A stretch of DNA of 64,000 nucleotides from Eledone cirrhosa (lineage: Eukaryota): the NCBI GenBank assembly GCA_964016885.1, contig OZ024750.1, positions 3,100,001 to 3,164,000 of the forward strand, in the 5' to 3' direction. Below the pieces are notes generated by a model that had not been told where the DNA came from, did no database searches, and saw nothing but the letters and a program-made list of their open reading frames with translations. Positions 13,856 through 26,131 of this stretch are shown here, one piece after another. The number at the start of each line of letters is the position of its first letter. The first letter of the stretch is position 1. Position numbers and translations under genes: made by a program.

Positions 13856-16093
13856 CAAGTATATATTGATTGATGAACATTTGTTTACAAACGTGGGAAA
13901 ATGACTCAATATATAAAACCAAATCAATTGAGTAACAGTAAAAAAACTTTGAAACAGGAGAAAGAGAGATCAGGGAGAAGAAGAACACTTTAAAAATGTC
14001 AGAGATGAGACAGTTTATTTCTGTTTCATTGATTTTTGATAGCTTGAGAATCCATTCAAGTTTTTTTTTTACTCTCTGAAATAGGTTCTCTTATACTTTG
14101 TCATCAAATATATTGCTTTAAACAAGATGTAAAAATAAAATCAACCTCGAGAAATGTGGACTAAAACATAATATACTGTAAAGCAATAACTTCAATAAAC
14201 AAATAAGTGTGGTTAAAGATTACAGACCTCACCTGGCAAATATTCACTTACTGTCAATAAATCTCGCTAACTTACAATATGTTATCACGTTGTTTCAATG
14301 ATTCAATTTGAAACAATTCATTATCAAAAAAAGTAGACATAGCATTTTATTGACAACAAAATATTTGTCTGCCAGCTCTTGCAGAGTGAAGAACATTTCT
14401 GTTGAAATTATACTCTAAGAAAATCTGGCGTCTGTAGCAGACAAAAGTCAAGGCTGATTTTAAATCTTACTAGTCACGAATACACTTGCGCCGCTGAAGA
14501 AGATAATGAGAGACATCTGTTAGAGGTAAAAAGTCTGCCAAGATACAAACAGCTGCTGACAGAAAATATTCCAAAGCCTATTATTTACTATATTCAATCC
14601 ACTGATCTAATGAAACACTATAAACTACTGCAGTACTGAAGCCAAATATTCAAATGATGGCCTCAACATTACAAACATTTGCTCGTCTTTCAGGTTATGA
14701 TTCATGGTATAAATAAATGAGTTCAGCAAAACCAATTCATAAAAGCAAGCAATATTTAACCTTTCTTAGAGATGGCAACAAGCCACATGGATATCTTTCT
14801 TTTAACAGGAAAAATTTCATTACGATTTTCTATTTAAAAAGTATTCCATTGAGTATTACTGAAACTATTGTCATATTTCGTGGTCAGGTTCCTTATTAAC
14901 AAAGTTGAAAAATGCATAATGCCTTCTGCTCTGCTTGATGTAGTTTTAGAGCTAATTGTAACATTAATAACAATTTTTACTGAACATTGTATTGAAGAAT
15001 GGCTTGACTTTCATTAGTGTTTCAATTCCCCAATGAAAACCCTCAGCACGATGGTTTAATATGTTCTCTCTAAGCTGTGAAGAAAGTATTGATCCCATGC
15101 ACTGAAAATCTTTAAAACAATTACTGTGTGTGATTATAATTCTACTGTTTCATTCGAAACCAGTAGCTCTATCAACAATGCTTGTGTACCGCTATTTAGT
15201 CCAACCAATTAACTTTTTTTGCTCCAAGCAACATCAAGAACTGTAAATCAAAATTGCATAAGAATTAGCATATCTTCAACCAAAGTATAAAGGAACCAGT
15301 GAAATGAATTCTACAAAATATATTATAAATTTTAGCAGTGATGTATTTGGTTTGCCAGGTTTTTGATATGAAATCATGTGTTGAAACAGATATTGTTATA
15401 TTTGGGGAGAGTCATGTTATAATAGCAGCTCAACAAACAGAGATTAATAAAAAAAAAATGCACCAGATTGAAATAAGTACTGGGGTTAATAAGAAAGAAT
15501 AAACTCATGAATATATTCGAATGACTGAAACCAGTAAAAGAATCAAAGAATAAATCAAATCCTGTGAAAGAATTTATGTGAAGAAAGTATTCTGAAATAA
15601 TATTGAACCCAATAACTATTAAATGTAATGTAGACTATATCAATGTTCCATTGATTAGAAACCATATTGGTTGAATAAATCGAGATTCTCATATCTATTT
15701 AAAACGAATTTTCCTAATCATGAATGTCTTTCATTTCACCACCCTCAATACTGTTATCTATATAAAAAGCAGTCTTTACTGAATTAGGTTAGTTTAGCTC
15801 AATAGTCAATATATAGCCTATCATTTATATAAGTATTCCTTCAGAACATTCTTTGCTGTTAATCTTGGAAGTTCACAATCATGAACAGTACATTGCTGGG
15901 ATTTAATTCATAAGTCCACAACTTTAAGGAATTCCTAATTCCAAAATTTTCCCAAATGATATACATGAATAATTTTATCTAGTAATTCTGACATCAAAAT
16001 CTTGCATATATTGATGTGAACAGCTCACATGAAGCAATAAAGACATGCCAGAATGATTAGCTCACAGTGAAACTTGTGAATATAAAAAGAAAT

Positions 16094-16978
16094 TCATCAT
16101 CATCACCGTTTTACGTCCGTTCTTCCATGCTAGTATGGGTTAGACGGGTTGTCCTGTTGTGGGCAGTGTCTGGTCGGATGACCATGCCTTGCTCATACAG
16201 GAACTGATTTTGGCTTGATTTCTACAGCTGGATGCCCTTCTTAACACCAACCTCATTTACAGTGAGTGCTGGGTGCTTTTTCCGTGGCGCCTACACATCC
16301 ATTTTACAGTGTGGGCTGGGTGCTTTTTTGCCGTGGCACCTCCACGACCACTTTGCAGTGGGAGGGTGTTGGGGCATATTGTCTATATGCTTCAGCTTGT
16401 ACCCATGGGAGGTCGAGTACTCTGTATTACTGCGTGACGCCAGAGGTCACGGTCATGTGTCATCGCCTTTGAGAGGTGTAATTGGGTAAGGTCGGCTTTT
16501 ATCACCTCATCCCAGGTCTTCTTGGGTCTCCCCACTCCGCGGTTTCCATTGACTTCTCGTGCTCTGCACCTTTTTATGCAGCTGTCATCCTTCATACGCA
16601 TCACATGTCCATACCAACGCAACCGCCTCTCCTGCACACAGCATTTGATTCCTCTTATGCTCAGTCTCTCTCTCAATTCATTTATGCCTTGTCGTTCGCG
16701 TATATTACTGTTACACATCCATCGGAGCATGCAGGCTTCGTTTCTTTCTAATCTACGTAAGTCTTCCACCTTCAGCGCCCAGATCTCACTACCATGCAAC
16801 ATTGCTGTTCGGATACACGCATCATACAGTCTGCCTTTCATTTTGAGGGAGAAGCCTTTTGCAGCTAGCAGTGGCAGTAGTTCCCTGAACTTCTTCCATC
16901 CCGTTCTTACCCTAGTTATTGTACTTTCTGAACACCCACCTCCGCTGCTAATTCGGTCACCTAGGTAGCAGAAGCTGT
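16094..16978 (-). mobile_element. 5'-truncated RTE-clade LINE: uninterrupted ORF C-terminus (to stop at 16392), 3'UTR and (GAT)n tail
   Basis: FCYLGDRIS...RVRTGWKKFRELLPLL...KGRLYDACIRTAMLHGSEIWAL...RRLRWYGHVMRM...RGVGRPKKTW are diagnostic RTE motifs. About 195 codons without a stop. Confidence 0.92.
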
Positions 16979-18219
16979 TAAAAAAAATCCAAATGAGAAA
17001 ACTTGTGTTGCTAATCATTATTATATCCTCCAATCCTCCAAATATGAAAGATTTAAAGAAAAAGAAAAAGTAAAAAACAAAACCTCCATTGGTGATATTT
17101 TTGTTGTATATCAGTACTTTCAACTCTCTCCATATATCTCAATTATTTTCTGTATAATTCTTTTGTGTTTTTTTTTTTAATTAACCTTAAGTATTTCATT
17201 CCATATTTCATCTAAAACAAAATCTATCTTTCTCTTGAGTGATACTCTTGTTCTTTCTCATGAGTGAAATAATGATTTCTAATTTAAGTACAAGACCAGC
17301 AATTCAAAGGGTTTTGATGTTATTAACCTCAGTCCTTGAATGGTATTTTCTATTAATCAATCCCAGAATAATGAAAGGCAAACTTGACCTCAGCAGGATT
17401 TGAACTCATAATGTAAAGAATATTACAAAACCTATCTCGCCTTTGAACTATTTCATCAGCTAGGTTGACTATGAACATTTCAAGAGACAATTTCAAAGAA
17501 AATATTCCAAGAAAACCTGAGCAGAGGTAGTGAGTGTTGATCCTAAATTGCTTAGACTCACAAAGGGGATCACAAAGGAATGCAGTGAGTGAAGAGATGC
17601 TGTCCATCCAACCCATGTAAAAAAGATGAACAAAAATTAATAAAACCAAATGTAAGAATGAAAGAAAAAACCCATAAATTTAATACATATTGATAAATAT
17701 ATAAAGAAATTCTTTCAGAATTACAGCAGTTTGGAAGTTTGTAAATCAACATTAGTTAAGCAAATAAATGAAACATTAACGTGTTTCTGTTAATTTGAAC
17801 TGGCATATATAATGGTTAATGGCTCAAACAAGATGAACTAGACTGACAATTAGGTAAAAGATTACATTTTTTAAAATTGAAGAAACTCTATTTCAAAGTA
17901 AATCAATACTAATTTAAAGAATAGAAATTTTTACGATGATATGATAATAAAACTTAGGGCAATTAACAAGATATAATCACAAGCAGATGTTTAATCAGGA
18001 ATTCATGACATTAGAAAAGAAAGGTAACTAACCTATTCTCATTTCATAGAAGAAAAAAAAAAATTGATGGAGCATTGACAAAACTAATATATTTTTAAAA
18101 AGAAATTGAAGCTAGACATTTTGAAATTAAAATTTAAAAAAGGCTTTTTAAAATTTTGAAATTAAAATAAAAAAAAAAACTTTTAATTTTGAAATTAAAA
18201 TATTAAAAAATAAAGTGAA

Positions 18220-18545
18220 CAGCTCTGAGATTAGAGTGTCACTCCAGGTAGAGCCGCTACTTCTCCAAATTGAGAAATCACAGTTCTGATACTATGGGCA
18301 TGTGGTTAGAATGTCTCAGGAAAGAATCAGTGGACAGATTTTACAGGCAAAACCCAACTGGCAGGAGATTCAGGGGTAGACTTCCTGAGCAAGATGGTTG
18401 GATAACATTGATGAACTTGGCTGGTCTCACTTGGGGATCCAGCTGGATCAGTTGGAGACAGTTGCTTCTGACAGGACCCACTTGGAAGGAGTGTTTTAGG
18501 ACTCTGCCCCCCGACCCTCTCAGTGGGCGAAGAAGAAGAAAAAGA
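18220..18545 (+). mobile_element. Second RTE family (Expander/Rex3-like) 3' fragment, decayed
   Basis: EPLLLQIEKSQF*YYGHVVRMSQERI..AKPTGRRFRGR with frameshifts, then a (GAA)n tail. Homologous to 44590-44842. Confidence 0.75.
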
Positions 18546-18805
18546 AGTCATAACGAACTAGATATTTCATAAACAAAAATAAATCTGATCTTTTTGTCGA
18601 TAAGTTGTGGCCGGTAGATCAATGAAAACTAATTCAATACAGTAAGTAAATACATATTCCAAGTACAGTTATCTACTGAAAATCAAAGCAAAACAAATTT
18701 TTCAGAAGTTATCAATATTCAATAAAAATATAGAAGTTGATAGAATATTTTAATCATAAAAGACAGTTGGGGAAAAACATTATCAATATAACAACAAGGA
18801 GGGAC

Positions 18806-18838
<33 letters not shown>

Positions 18839-19039
18839 TATATGTAACAGGTAAACAGAATGTAAATATGTATATATGTATATATGTATATATAAACAGG
18901 TATATATATATATATGTATATATAAACAGGTAAATATGTATATATGTATATATATATATATGTATGTAAAAAGGTAAACAGAAATAACACAATCGGTACA
19001 GTATATGGAAGGGATATATTAGGTTAACGCTTGATATAG

Positions 19040-19121
19040 CAGGGTGTCCCCGAAAAATGTATACACTCATTTATTAGAATACTGTTGAAGTATGTGTATA
19101 TTTTGGGGGGGACACCCTGTA
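19040..19121. mobile_element. Tiny Tc1-like MITE; second copy at 19441-19522
   Basis: TIR CAGGGTGTCCC...GGGACACCCTG followed by TA. Confidence 0.65.
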
Positions 19122-19829
19122 TATGTATATATGTGTGTGTGTGCGTGTATATATGAGGGAGAGAGAGAGAGAGAGCAAGTGAGAGATCATGTGTATATAC
19201 AGAGAGGAAGAAAGAGTGAGAGAAAAAAGGAATGTTGAAGGAGAGAAACAAAAACAAACAAAACAAACAAAAAAACTATAAATTTTCGGGGAAGAAAAAA
19301 AGGGTCTGAATTCTTAACTAAAGATCAAATAATATTGATAATGTTCTTTGTTAAAAATTAGGAAGCCTACAAATAAGTTCTCCCTTCAATATATTCCTTC
19401 AGCTATCTACGATCTCATTCTGGTAAACAACATGAAAATATAGGGTGTTCCAAAAAAAATGTATACACAATTTAATAGCATTCTAATAAATATGTGTATA
19501 TATTTTGGAGGGACACTCTGTATATATAGGAAAACTTGATAACAAGCCGGTGTTGAATCTTAATTGAAAATAGATTTCAATTAAGTTTTCATTTCGTAGT
19601 TATTATCTCTGAACCTAAATAAGTAAATTGAAAATCTCAATATACTAAAATCGCAAAGTAAACCACCTGAAAACTGAAGTTTATTGAAAACATGTTTAAG
19701 GAGCTTCATTTGCAGCCACGTGGTTTCACATTTAGTCCCACTGTGTGGCACATTGGGTAAGTGTCTTTTACTATAGCCTCTCCCTGACCAACTGTCTTCT
19801 GAGTGGAATTTGTTAACAGAAGCCCATTA

Positions 19830-20024
19830 TTCCTTTAGCATTTAAACCGGCCATAATTCTCTCACCTCTTTCTGTTCAAACCAGCCATAATCAGCCGCTC
19901 ATACTTAGGTTAAGGTATTGTTCTCAAAATAAATCACATCAAAATCTCATAGATTCAATATTATGTGAGATAAAGTGTTTACCATGAAAATGCAATAGTA
20001 TAGAGTAATGTGAATACTAAAGGG
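19830..20024. mobile_element. TTAA-type MITE family P1 copy
   Basis: CCTTTAGCATTTAAACCGGCC...TACTAAAGGG, colinear with 22772-22989. Confidence 0.65.
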
Positions 20025-20434
20025 CTATATATGGGCATGTGCCCATCACTTGGTAATTCGAATAATAGAGATTGATAAAATAAGTTGTAGACTTGTGAAA
20101 AATAAGTACTTTTGTTGATATGACTGTTTAAAGCCCTTGAAGGCAGTCTAATGAATGGTCCCATAACTCTTGGTGGAGTCATAGCAGTGCTGTATTGACA
20201 TATGGCTTTTCTTGGGCAATTTAAGCCTGGCAGAGCCCATCCCTCTCCAGGTTTGAGTACAGCAGATTTCTTCCAGAGAATGATAGAAAGTGAGAGGAAG
20301 TGAGAAAGAAATATAGAAGAAGAATTGACCCCAGTACTTGACTGGTATTTTTTTTTTTATCAACCTTGAAAAAACGAAATGCAACATTCTAACTCAAAAC
20401 TGATTAAAAATTAAAAAATGATGAAAACGCCTAC

Positions 20435-20674
20435 CCTTATTTTCTTGTCAATTCTTTCATCAAAGTCTCTAATCCTTAAATGGCCTTGATTGATTACGTT
20501 ATTGTCAAAGACATCCAATAGATGTCTTGCACGTTCACATTGACCTTCAAATTGTTCCTGACTAGTTACTGCGGCAGCTGATAAGGGATCCTTGGTAAAA
20601 GTATCTGTGTTCACAACAGAAACTTTGGAAATATCTCCAATGCCATCATGTTGCTGAAGAAAAGTCTGTTTCTC
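20435..20674 (-). CDS. DMD: Dystrophin-like gene, internal coding exon (240 bp, phase 0/0); approximate counterpart of human exon 38 with an N-terminal insert
   Basis: ttctag|GAG AAA CAG...ATA AGG|gtaggc. Open 80 aa EKQTFLQQHDGIGDISKVSVVNTDTFTKDPLSAAAVTSQEQFEGQCERARHLLDVFDNNVINQGHLRIRDFDERIDKKIR, in frame with both flanking exons. The C-terminal half loosely matches ELEQFNSDIQKLLEPLEAEIQQGVNLKEEDF. Confidence 0.82.
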
Positions 20675-20950
20675 CTAGAAATAATCAAAAATATAAAAAT
20701 GAAAGAAGGTAATCAAAATCTTTCATAGCTTAAGATATGCATAGGTATGCACACATGCACATGCACACAGAATTTTGTGATGCACACAAAAATATGCACA
20801 TAATGCATATATGAAGGGCATCCAGCCGTAGAAAACCCGCCAGACAGTCCTATACGAGCAAGACAACCAATCTTGCCTCAAGTGGGAAAATTCCCGTCCA
20901 AACCCATGCAAGCGTGGAAGATGGACGTTAAACGATGATGATGATGATGA

Positions 20951-21004
<54 letters not shown>

Positions 21005-21006
<2 letters not shown>

Positions 21007-21208
21007 TATCGCCATATTTTGACTAAAGAAATTAAAGAAATTATTTAGCCTGATAGTGGGATTAAGAACCCTCAGAGAAATGGAAAAAGATGAGTATTGA
21101 CATACATGTATGTCAATACTCATCTTTTTCCATTTCTCCGAGGGTTCTTAACCCCACTATCAGACTAAATAATTTCTTTAATTTCTTTAGTCAAAATACG
21201 GCGATAGC
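21005..21208. repeat. 204-bp loopless palindrome (102-bp arms, 4 mismatches) between (TA)n tracts
   Basis: Centre TACA|TGTA at 21106/21107. The arms are reverse complements and give mirror ORFs on both strands. Confidence 0.95.
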
Positions 21209-21256
21209 TTACATTTATAATAATTACAAACCCGCTCGCTGTTTCAAAAATATTCT

Positions 21257-21316
<60 letters not shown>

Positions 21317-21689
21317 TACTTAATCAGGTGATTAAGTATGAAATGTCTGGTTTCAAATTGAAAGTTTAGTTTATCTCAAAGAAGAATCAGTGCAATTAAT
21401 CAAAGCATACGTCTAAACTATCAACACACTTTTATAGATATACATTTTTCCATAGCAAGAATTTGTTTCAAGGTCCAAATTTGACCATACCTCCAGAAAA
21501 CAAGAGACATCAAGGTCAAATTTTGACCTTGAACCCTTAGTACCACTTTTGTTCTGTGTATGACTTTGAAAGAAATATATGAAGGCCTCCCACGAATATC
21601 TGTCATTGTACGTAAAAGGAGAGTAAGATTTGCAGGCCACTGCCATCGTCCCTATTAGTGCTTTGGAAACCACAAGCAGTCACTAATAA

Positions 21690-21828
21690 CAGGGGGCACA
21701 AGCTCTCCTATCTTGAAATCATCTCCAGCGATTCTGGTATTGAAATCCAGGACTTGGCAGCAGCAATGAACGACAGACCCACGTGGAGATCAATTGTTGA
21801 GTCCATTTCGGTTGATGATGATGATGAA
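21690..21828 (+). mobile_element. RTE/RTEX-like LINE extreme 3' end
   Basis: SYLEIISSDSGIEIQDLAAAMNDRPTWRSIV matches the RTE terminal motif L..AM.DR..WR..V, followed by (GAT)n. Confidence 0.65.
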
Positions 21829-21878
21829 CATAAATAAATAATATAATATATATACAATTTTCTAATTATATATATACA

Positions 21879-21911
<33 letters not shown>

Positions 21912-22371
21912 TTTAGTGATGCACACTAAAAGATATGCAAATAAAAATAAGTAGCATTCAAAACCGAAAAAGTATGCTTAGATGAAAAGAATGCTCTTCC
22001 TTCTAGGTAGATGTTTTTTAGAAAATACCAAATGCTTGGCTCGCATTCTTTCATAATTAAAATCAATTTTGCTAACATCATTTCATAATTCTAAAAATAA
22101 ATAAAATTTCCCGATACATTTCATTGCTAGTTTCTCATGGCTAATGATATTCTTCATGTTAAATACTAAATGACGTTAACATTTTTTTAAAACATGGCTT
22201 ACATCATCAACCTAAATTACACTTGTCTAAGATTTGTTCATCTTCACTGTTTGGATAGCTGCTGTTATCACTTACAGATTGAAATATATTTTACCGACAA
22301 GCAAAAAATATAATTAAAAATACCAAAATAAAAATAATGTAAATTTGCTGCTATCAAAGTTGATGTTAATT

Positions 22372-22598
22372 TTAACTCTTGACATCATGGAATGATTTAG
22401 CAGAGAATATTTTGAAAAATAGGATTGTTAATTCAAATGTATATAGCATCTTTACTAGTGGACAGATTGCTGTGAAAATTTGTAGTATCAGAGTAAAGAC
22501 TTCGATTTTTTTATATGATGCAATCATACTGCTGTTTTATGCCTTTCAAGAATATCTTGCGAATGCAGTTTGATGAGGTATAGGACGTTAAGAGTTAA
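22372..22598. mobile_element. piggyBac-type MITE family P2
   Basis: TTAA-CTCTTGACATC...GACGTTAAGAG-TTAA. Copies at ~2530-2640 and 55717-55918. Confidence 0.75.
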
Positions 22599-22771
22599 TG
22601 AATAAAGAACAGTAAATAATTTAAATGCTACTTGAATGATTAGCTAGTATTTATACTACATGGAGTAAAAATGTTTAGGGACTTAGTGTACAGAACCAGC
22701 AGCTACTCCCAGCAATTCAGATCAGCACTGACAAATTGCCAGAATCTGGGGACAGGGCAACTTTTCAACAT

Positions 22772-22989
22772 TTAACCCTTTAATATTTAAACCGGCCATA
22801 TCCGGCCAGAATTCTCTCACCTCTTTCTTTCAAACTAAACTTAACCGGCCACTCATACTTATGTTAAAGTATTGTCCTCAAAATAAATAATATCAAAATC
22901 TCACAGATTTGATATTATGTGAGGTAAAGCTTTTACCACAGAAATACAATATATATATAGAGAGAGTAATGTAAATGGTAAAGGGTTAA
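22772..22989. mobile_element. piggyBac-type MITE family P1 (complete)
   Basis: TTAA-CCCTTT...AAAGGG-TTAA. Copies at 2725-2858, 19830, 34287-34490 (inverted) and 34748-34957. Confidence 0.8.
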
Positions 22990-23334
22990 GGAACCACCAG
23001 CATTACCAAATCAACATCGACCTTCCAACCCCTAAAAGACTGACCCATCACATCAGAGATTCAGAACACTTCTCACACATATTTCAGTTGTAAAAACAAG
23101 ACACACAGGTACTATCCTAACTATCAATCAAAACCAACAAATCTTTTCAATTATTTTCCACTATTCACTTATATACAAAATACTGAACACCTCTTTAATC
23201 CTTTCATTACAACTGCTTCTGGTTTTCATTTAATCAAGAATTTGGAGCAATTTTGTAATGTAATTAACTTTCTTGTTATTAAGTTGGTGTTTGGAACATA
23301 AAGGTTCTTATAATAAATTATGATGGAAGGTTTT

Positions 23335-23535
23335 AATAATAATAATAATGAAAATGATTGTGTACAGTGCTCAGGTGCACTACAACTCATCAAAGATGCT
23401 TGTACAGTACATAGAATAATATATAAATGTCAGGAAAGTGAACAGTGTATGAGTCATGATATACACACAGACACATACATTTGTGTGTGTATGTGGAGGG
23501 GGAATGTCAGGTGTAGTGTTGGCGAATTTCAGGAA
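23335..23535 (-). mobile_element. CR1 3'UTR copy nested in a P3-type MITE
   Basis: Reverse complement of 10225-10410, with an (aat)n tail on the left. Confidence 0.7.
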
Positions 23536-23619
23536 GCTATATAAACACATTAAAACACAGCTTTATATCATAGAACCGTGGTTGGTTTCAGGCATTTTGA
23601 TATCAAAAGAGTTAAGAAG

Positions 23620-23990
23620 TCACACAAAATACTGGCAAAGAATCTATCTGCCTAGTACCAACCTGGTGGAACACACAATACAACACATCGAGAATTTGCA
23701 ATTTTCTTAATGGTGTACCACAAGGAATTATCTTTCACCTACTTATTTTAACCTCTAGCTAAATAGACTTTCTGCACTTCCACAAAATATATATACACAC
23801 CCTCAGATGCAGAGGATATCTTCGTACCATTCCTCAGACACAACTACTTGAATCCTACATGAATTAACATGAAACCTGGCTCCAACATAATAGACTTAAT
23901 ACCTACTAAATACAGTATCTTCTTTCTTACCAGCAATATTAGAGTAAATCAATTATAAGCAACCATCACACTCAATAAAATACACATACC
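23620..23990 (+). mobile_element. Decayed non-LTR reverse-transcriptase remnant
   Basis: aatggtgtaccacaagga encodes NGVPQG, followed by LSP/FNL-like sequence and a degenerate YADD-like DAEDI. Many disablements. Confidence 0.5.
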
Positions 23991-25544
23991 ACACAAGCAG
24001 AAGGGAAAAGCATGAGGAATTTCATTTATATAACATTCACAGCACTTGTAGTGACAAAACAGCACACTAACTTAACCCTTTTGTGACTAGATTTCAAAAG
24101 GAAAAAAAAAAGTGTTTGTATATAGAGAAGAATAGATATCCACTACACATGGGAATATGTTTTAAACAGAATATTTGAAATTGTGAACTTAGCTCACAGA
24201 TACCTAGCAATCTGCTGACCTCACATTGGAAACCACTGAAATAGTAGCCAAATCTCCCTCAAACCATACTCTACAATCTTACAAAAATGGACACATTGGA
24301 CAATGAAGTCTTAGATATTAGAAAAAGAAGGGATAGTCTTGGCTGAAAAGTTTTTGATTATAGACCCCCCCCCCCTCCAAAAAAGAGAAAACAACAGCAA
24401 CAAAAACAAGTCTATTCTGACTTTCAGTAAATTTCAACAAGAATCAGTGATCTGGACTTTTGTATTGTGTATGTCACCCAACTATCACACTGTTATTTCA
24501 CCTCCAACATTGACGAGAAAGGTATAAAAAAAATAAGATAAGAATTTTTTTTTTTAAATTGCTTTTCCCAACTTTGCTTTCCCTATAAATCTGAAGCTTT
24601 TTTTTTTCAAATACAAAAGTTAATTTAAAAAAAAAAATGTTGAAGTCTATAAAAAAAATAAGCTCTCATTTAAAAATAATGTTATGTAAAAAATCAATAT
24701 TATAGCAATGGAGTTTATACACTTTTAATGAAGTCATGTTGATTTATAAGTGTAGTGCATAACAATTACAATTTTATTTTACAATGCGTTATAATTTTAT
24801 GAGAGTGAAATTGTCCAAGTTAATAGTAATATCAGTCACAGAAATATAACAGATCATCTTTGTTTTAAACTATAATAGCAGTAACTGATATAAATATACA
24901 TTATATTTCACTATTTTATTTTAAAAAAAAACATTTAACAGAGGATATAAAAAAGTCAAATACTTTGTCGATTTCATGTCAACTACAATCAGTTTCCATT
25001 TTAAATATTCATAAATTTCCAGTTCAACAAATATCAAATGGTCAGAATTAAAGTTAGTCATAACAAATTAGGAGTGAACACTATTATCTTTCATCATTCT
25101 GTTTTGTTATGTCTGCATGATTTCCCAATGTGAAGTTCTGAAAGATTGCCAAATCTACATGGTTAAGTCTCAAGCATCTGTACTTACTAATAACAGTTCT
25201 TTCTAAATAAATCTCAGTTGAGATATCTTGTTATTTCTATATAAGCAGACACAAATGTTTATTATTTTCAATATATATATAATATATGAGCAAGATATAT
25301 ATAATATATTGCCTGACCTAGCATTGCTCACGACAGGACAACTCGTCTAACCCATGCTACCATGGAAAAATGGACATAAAACAGTGGTGATGATGATGAT
25401 GATATAAATATATATCTTTATATATAGATATGGATGCTATGCTGTAGCCTATTTCATATCCTTACACATAGTTTGATTCCTTCTAGTTTTATTCCTACTG
25501 ATACAACATACCAGATGTACTGAAGGATCAGATCAAAAGCTGAT

Positions 25545-26131
25545 TTAACCCTTTTGATACCACATCATCTGAAACAGCCCCCTGTTCTATAACACTGTGC
25601 TGTTTATTTTAAAATGTTTATATTCATCTAAAAACTTTTCTTATGTTACACTTCAAACACCAGCTTAATAATTCTTGGTTACTTTCAAAATAATTCGAAA
25701 ATCATAGACTGTGTCTTTCATTAGAAATATGGTAATAAAAAGGTTAATGACATAGACAGTGTCTTTCATTATAAATATGGTAATGAAAAGGTTAATGACA
25801 TAGACAGCGTCTTTCATTAGAAATATGGTAATGGAAGGGTTAATGACATAGACTGTGTCTTTCATTAGAAATATGGTAATGAAAGAGTTAAAGACATAGA
25901 CAGTGTCTTTCATTAGAAATATGGTAATGGAAGGGTTAATGACATAGGCAATGTCTTTCATTAGAAATATGGTAATGAAAGGGTTAATGACATAGACAGT
26001 GTCTTTCATTAGAAATATGGTAATGAAAGGGTTAATGACATAGACAGTGTCTTTCATTAGATATATGGTAATGAAAGGGTTAAAGACATAGACAGTGTCT
26101 TTCATTAGAAATATGGTAATGAAAGGGTTAA
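25545..26131. mobile_element. piggyBac-type MITE family P3 with its right terminus amplified 9 times (48-bp unit, ~25702-26131)
   Basis: Left end TTAACCCTTTTG. Unit TGACATAGACAGTGTCTTTCATTAGAAATATGGTAATGAAAGGGTTAA ends in TIR plus TTAA. Single-terminus relatives at 41267-41478 and 52620-52867. Confidence 0.85.

Noticed and set aside
12553-13988. 378-433 aa Cys/Val-rich ORFs
   Set aside because: Open in all three frames because of CA/TA microsatellite; no real coding signal.
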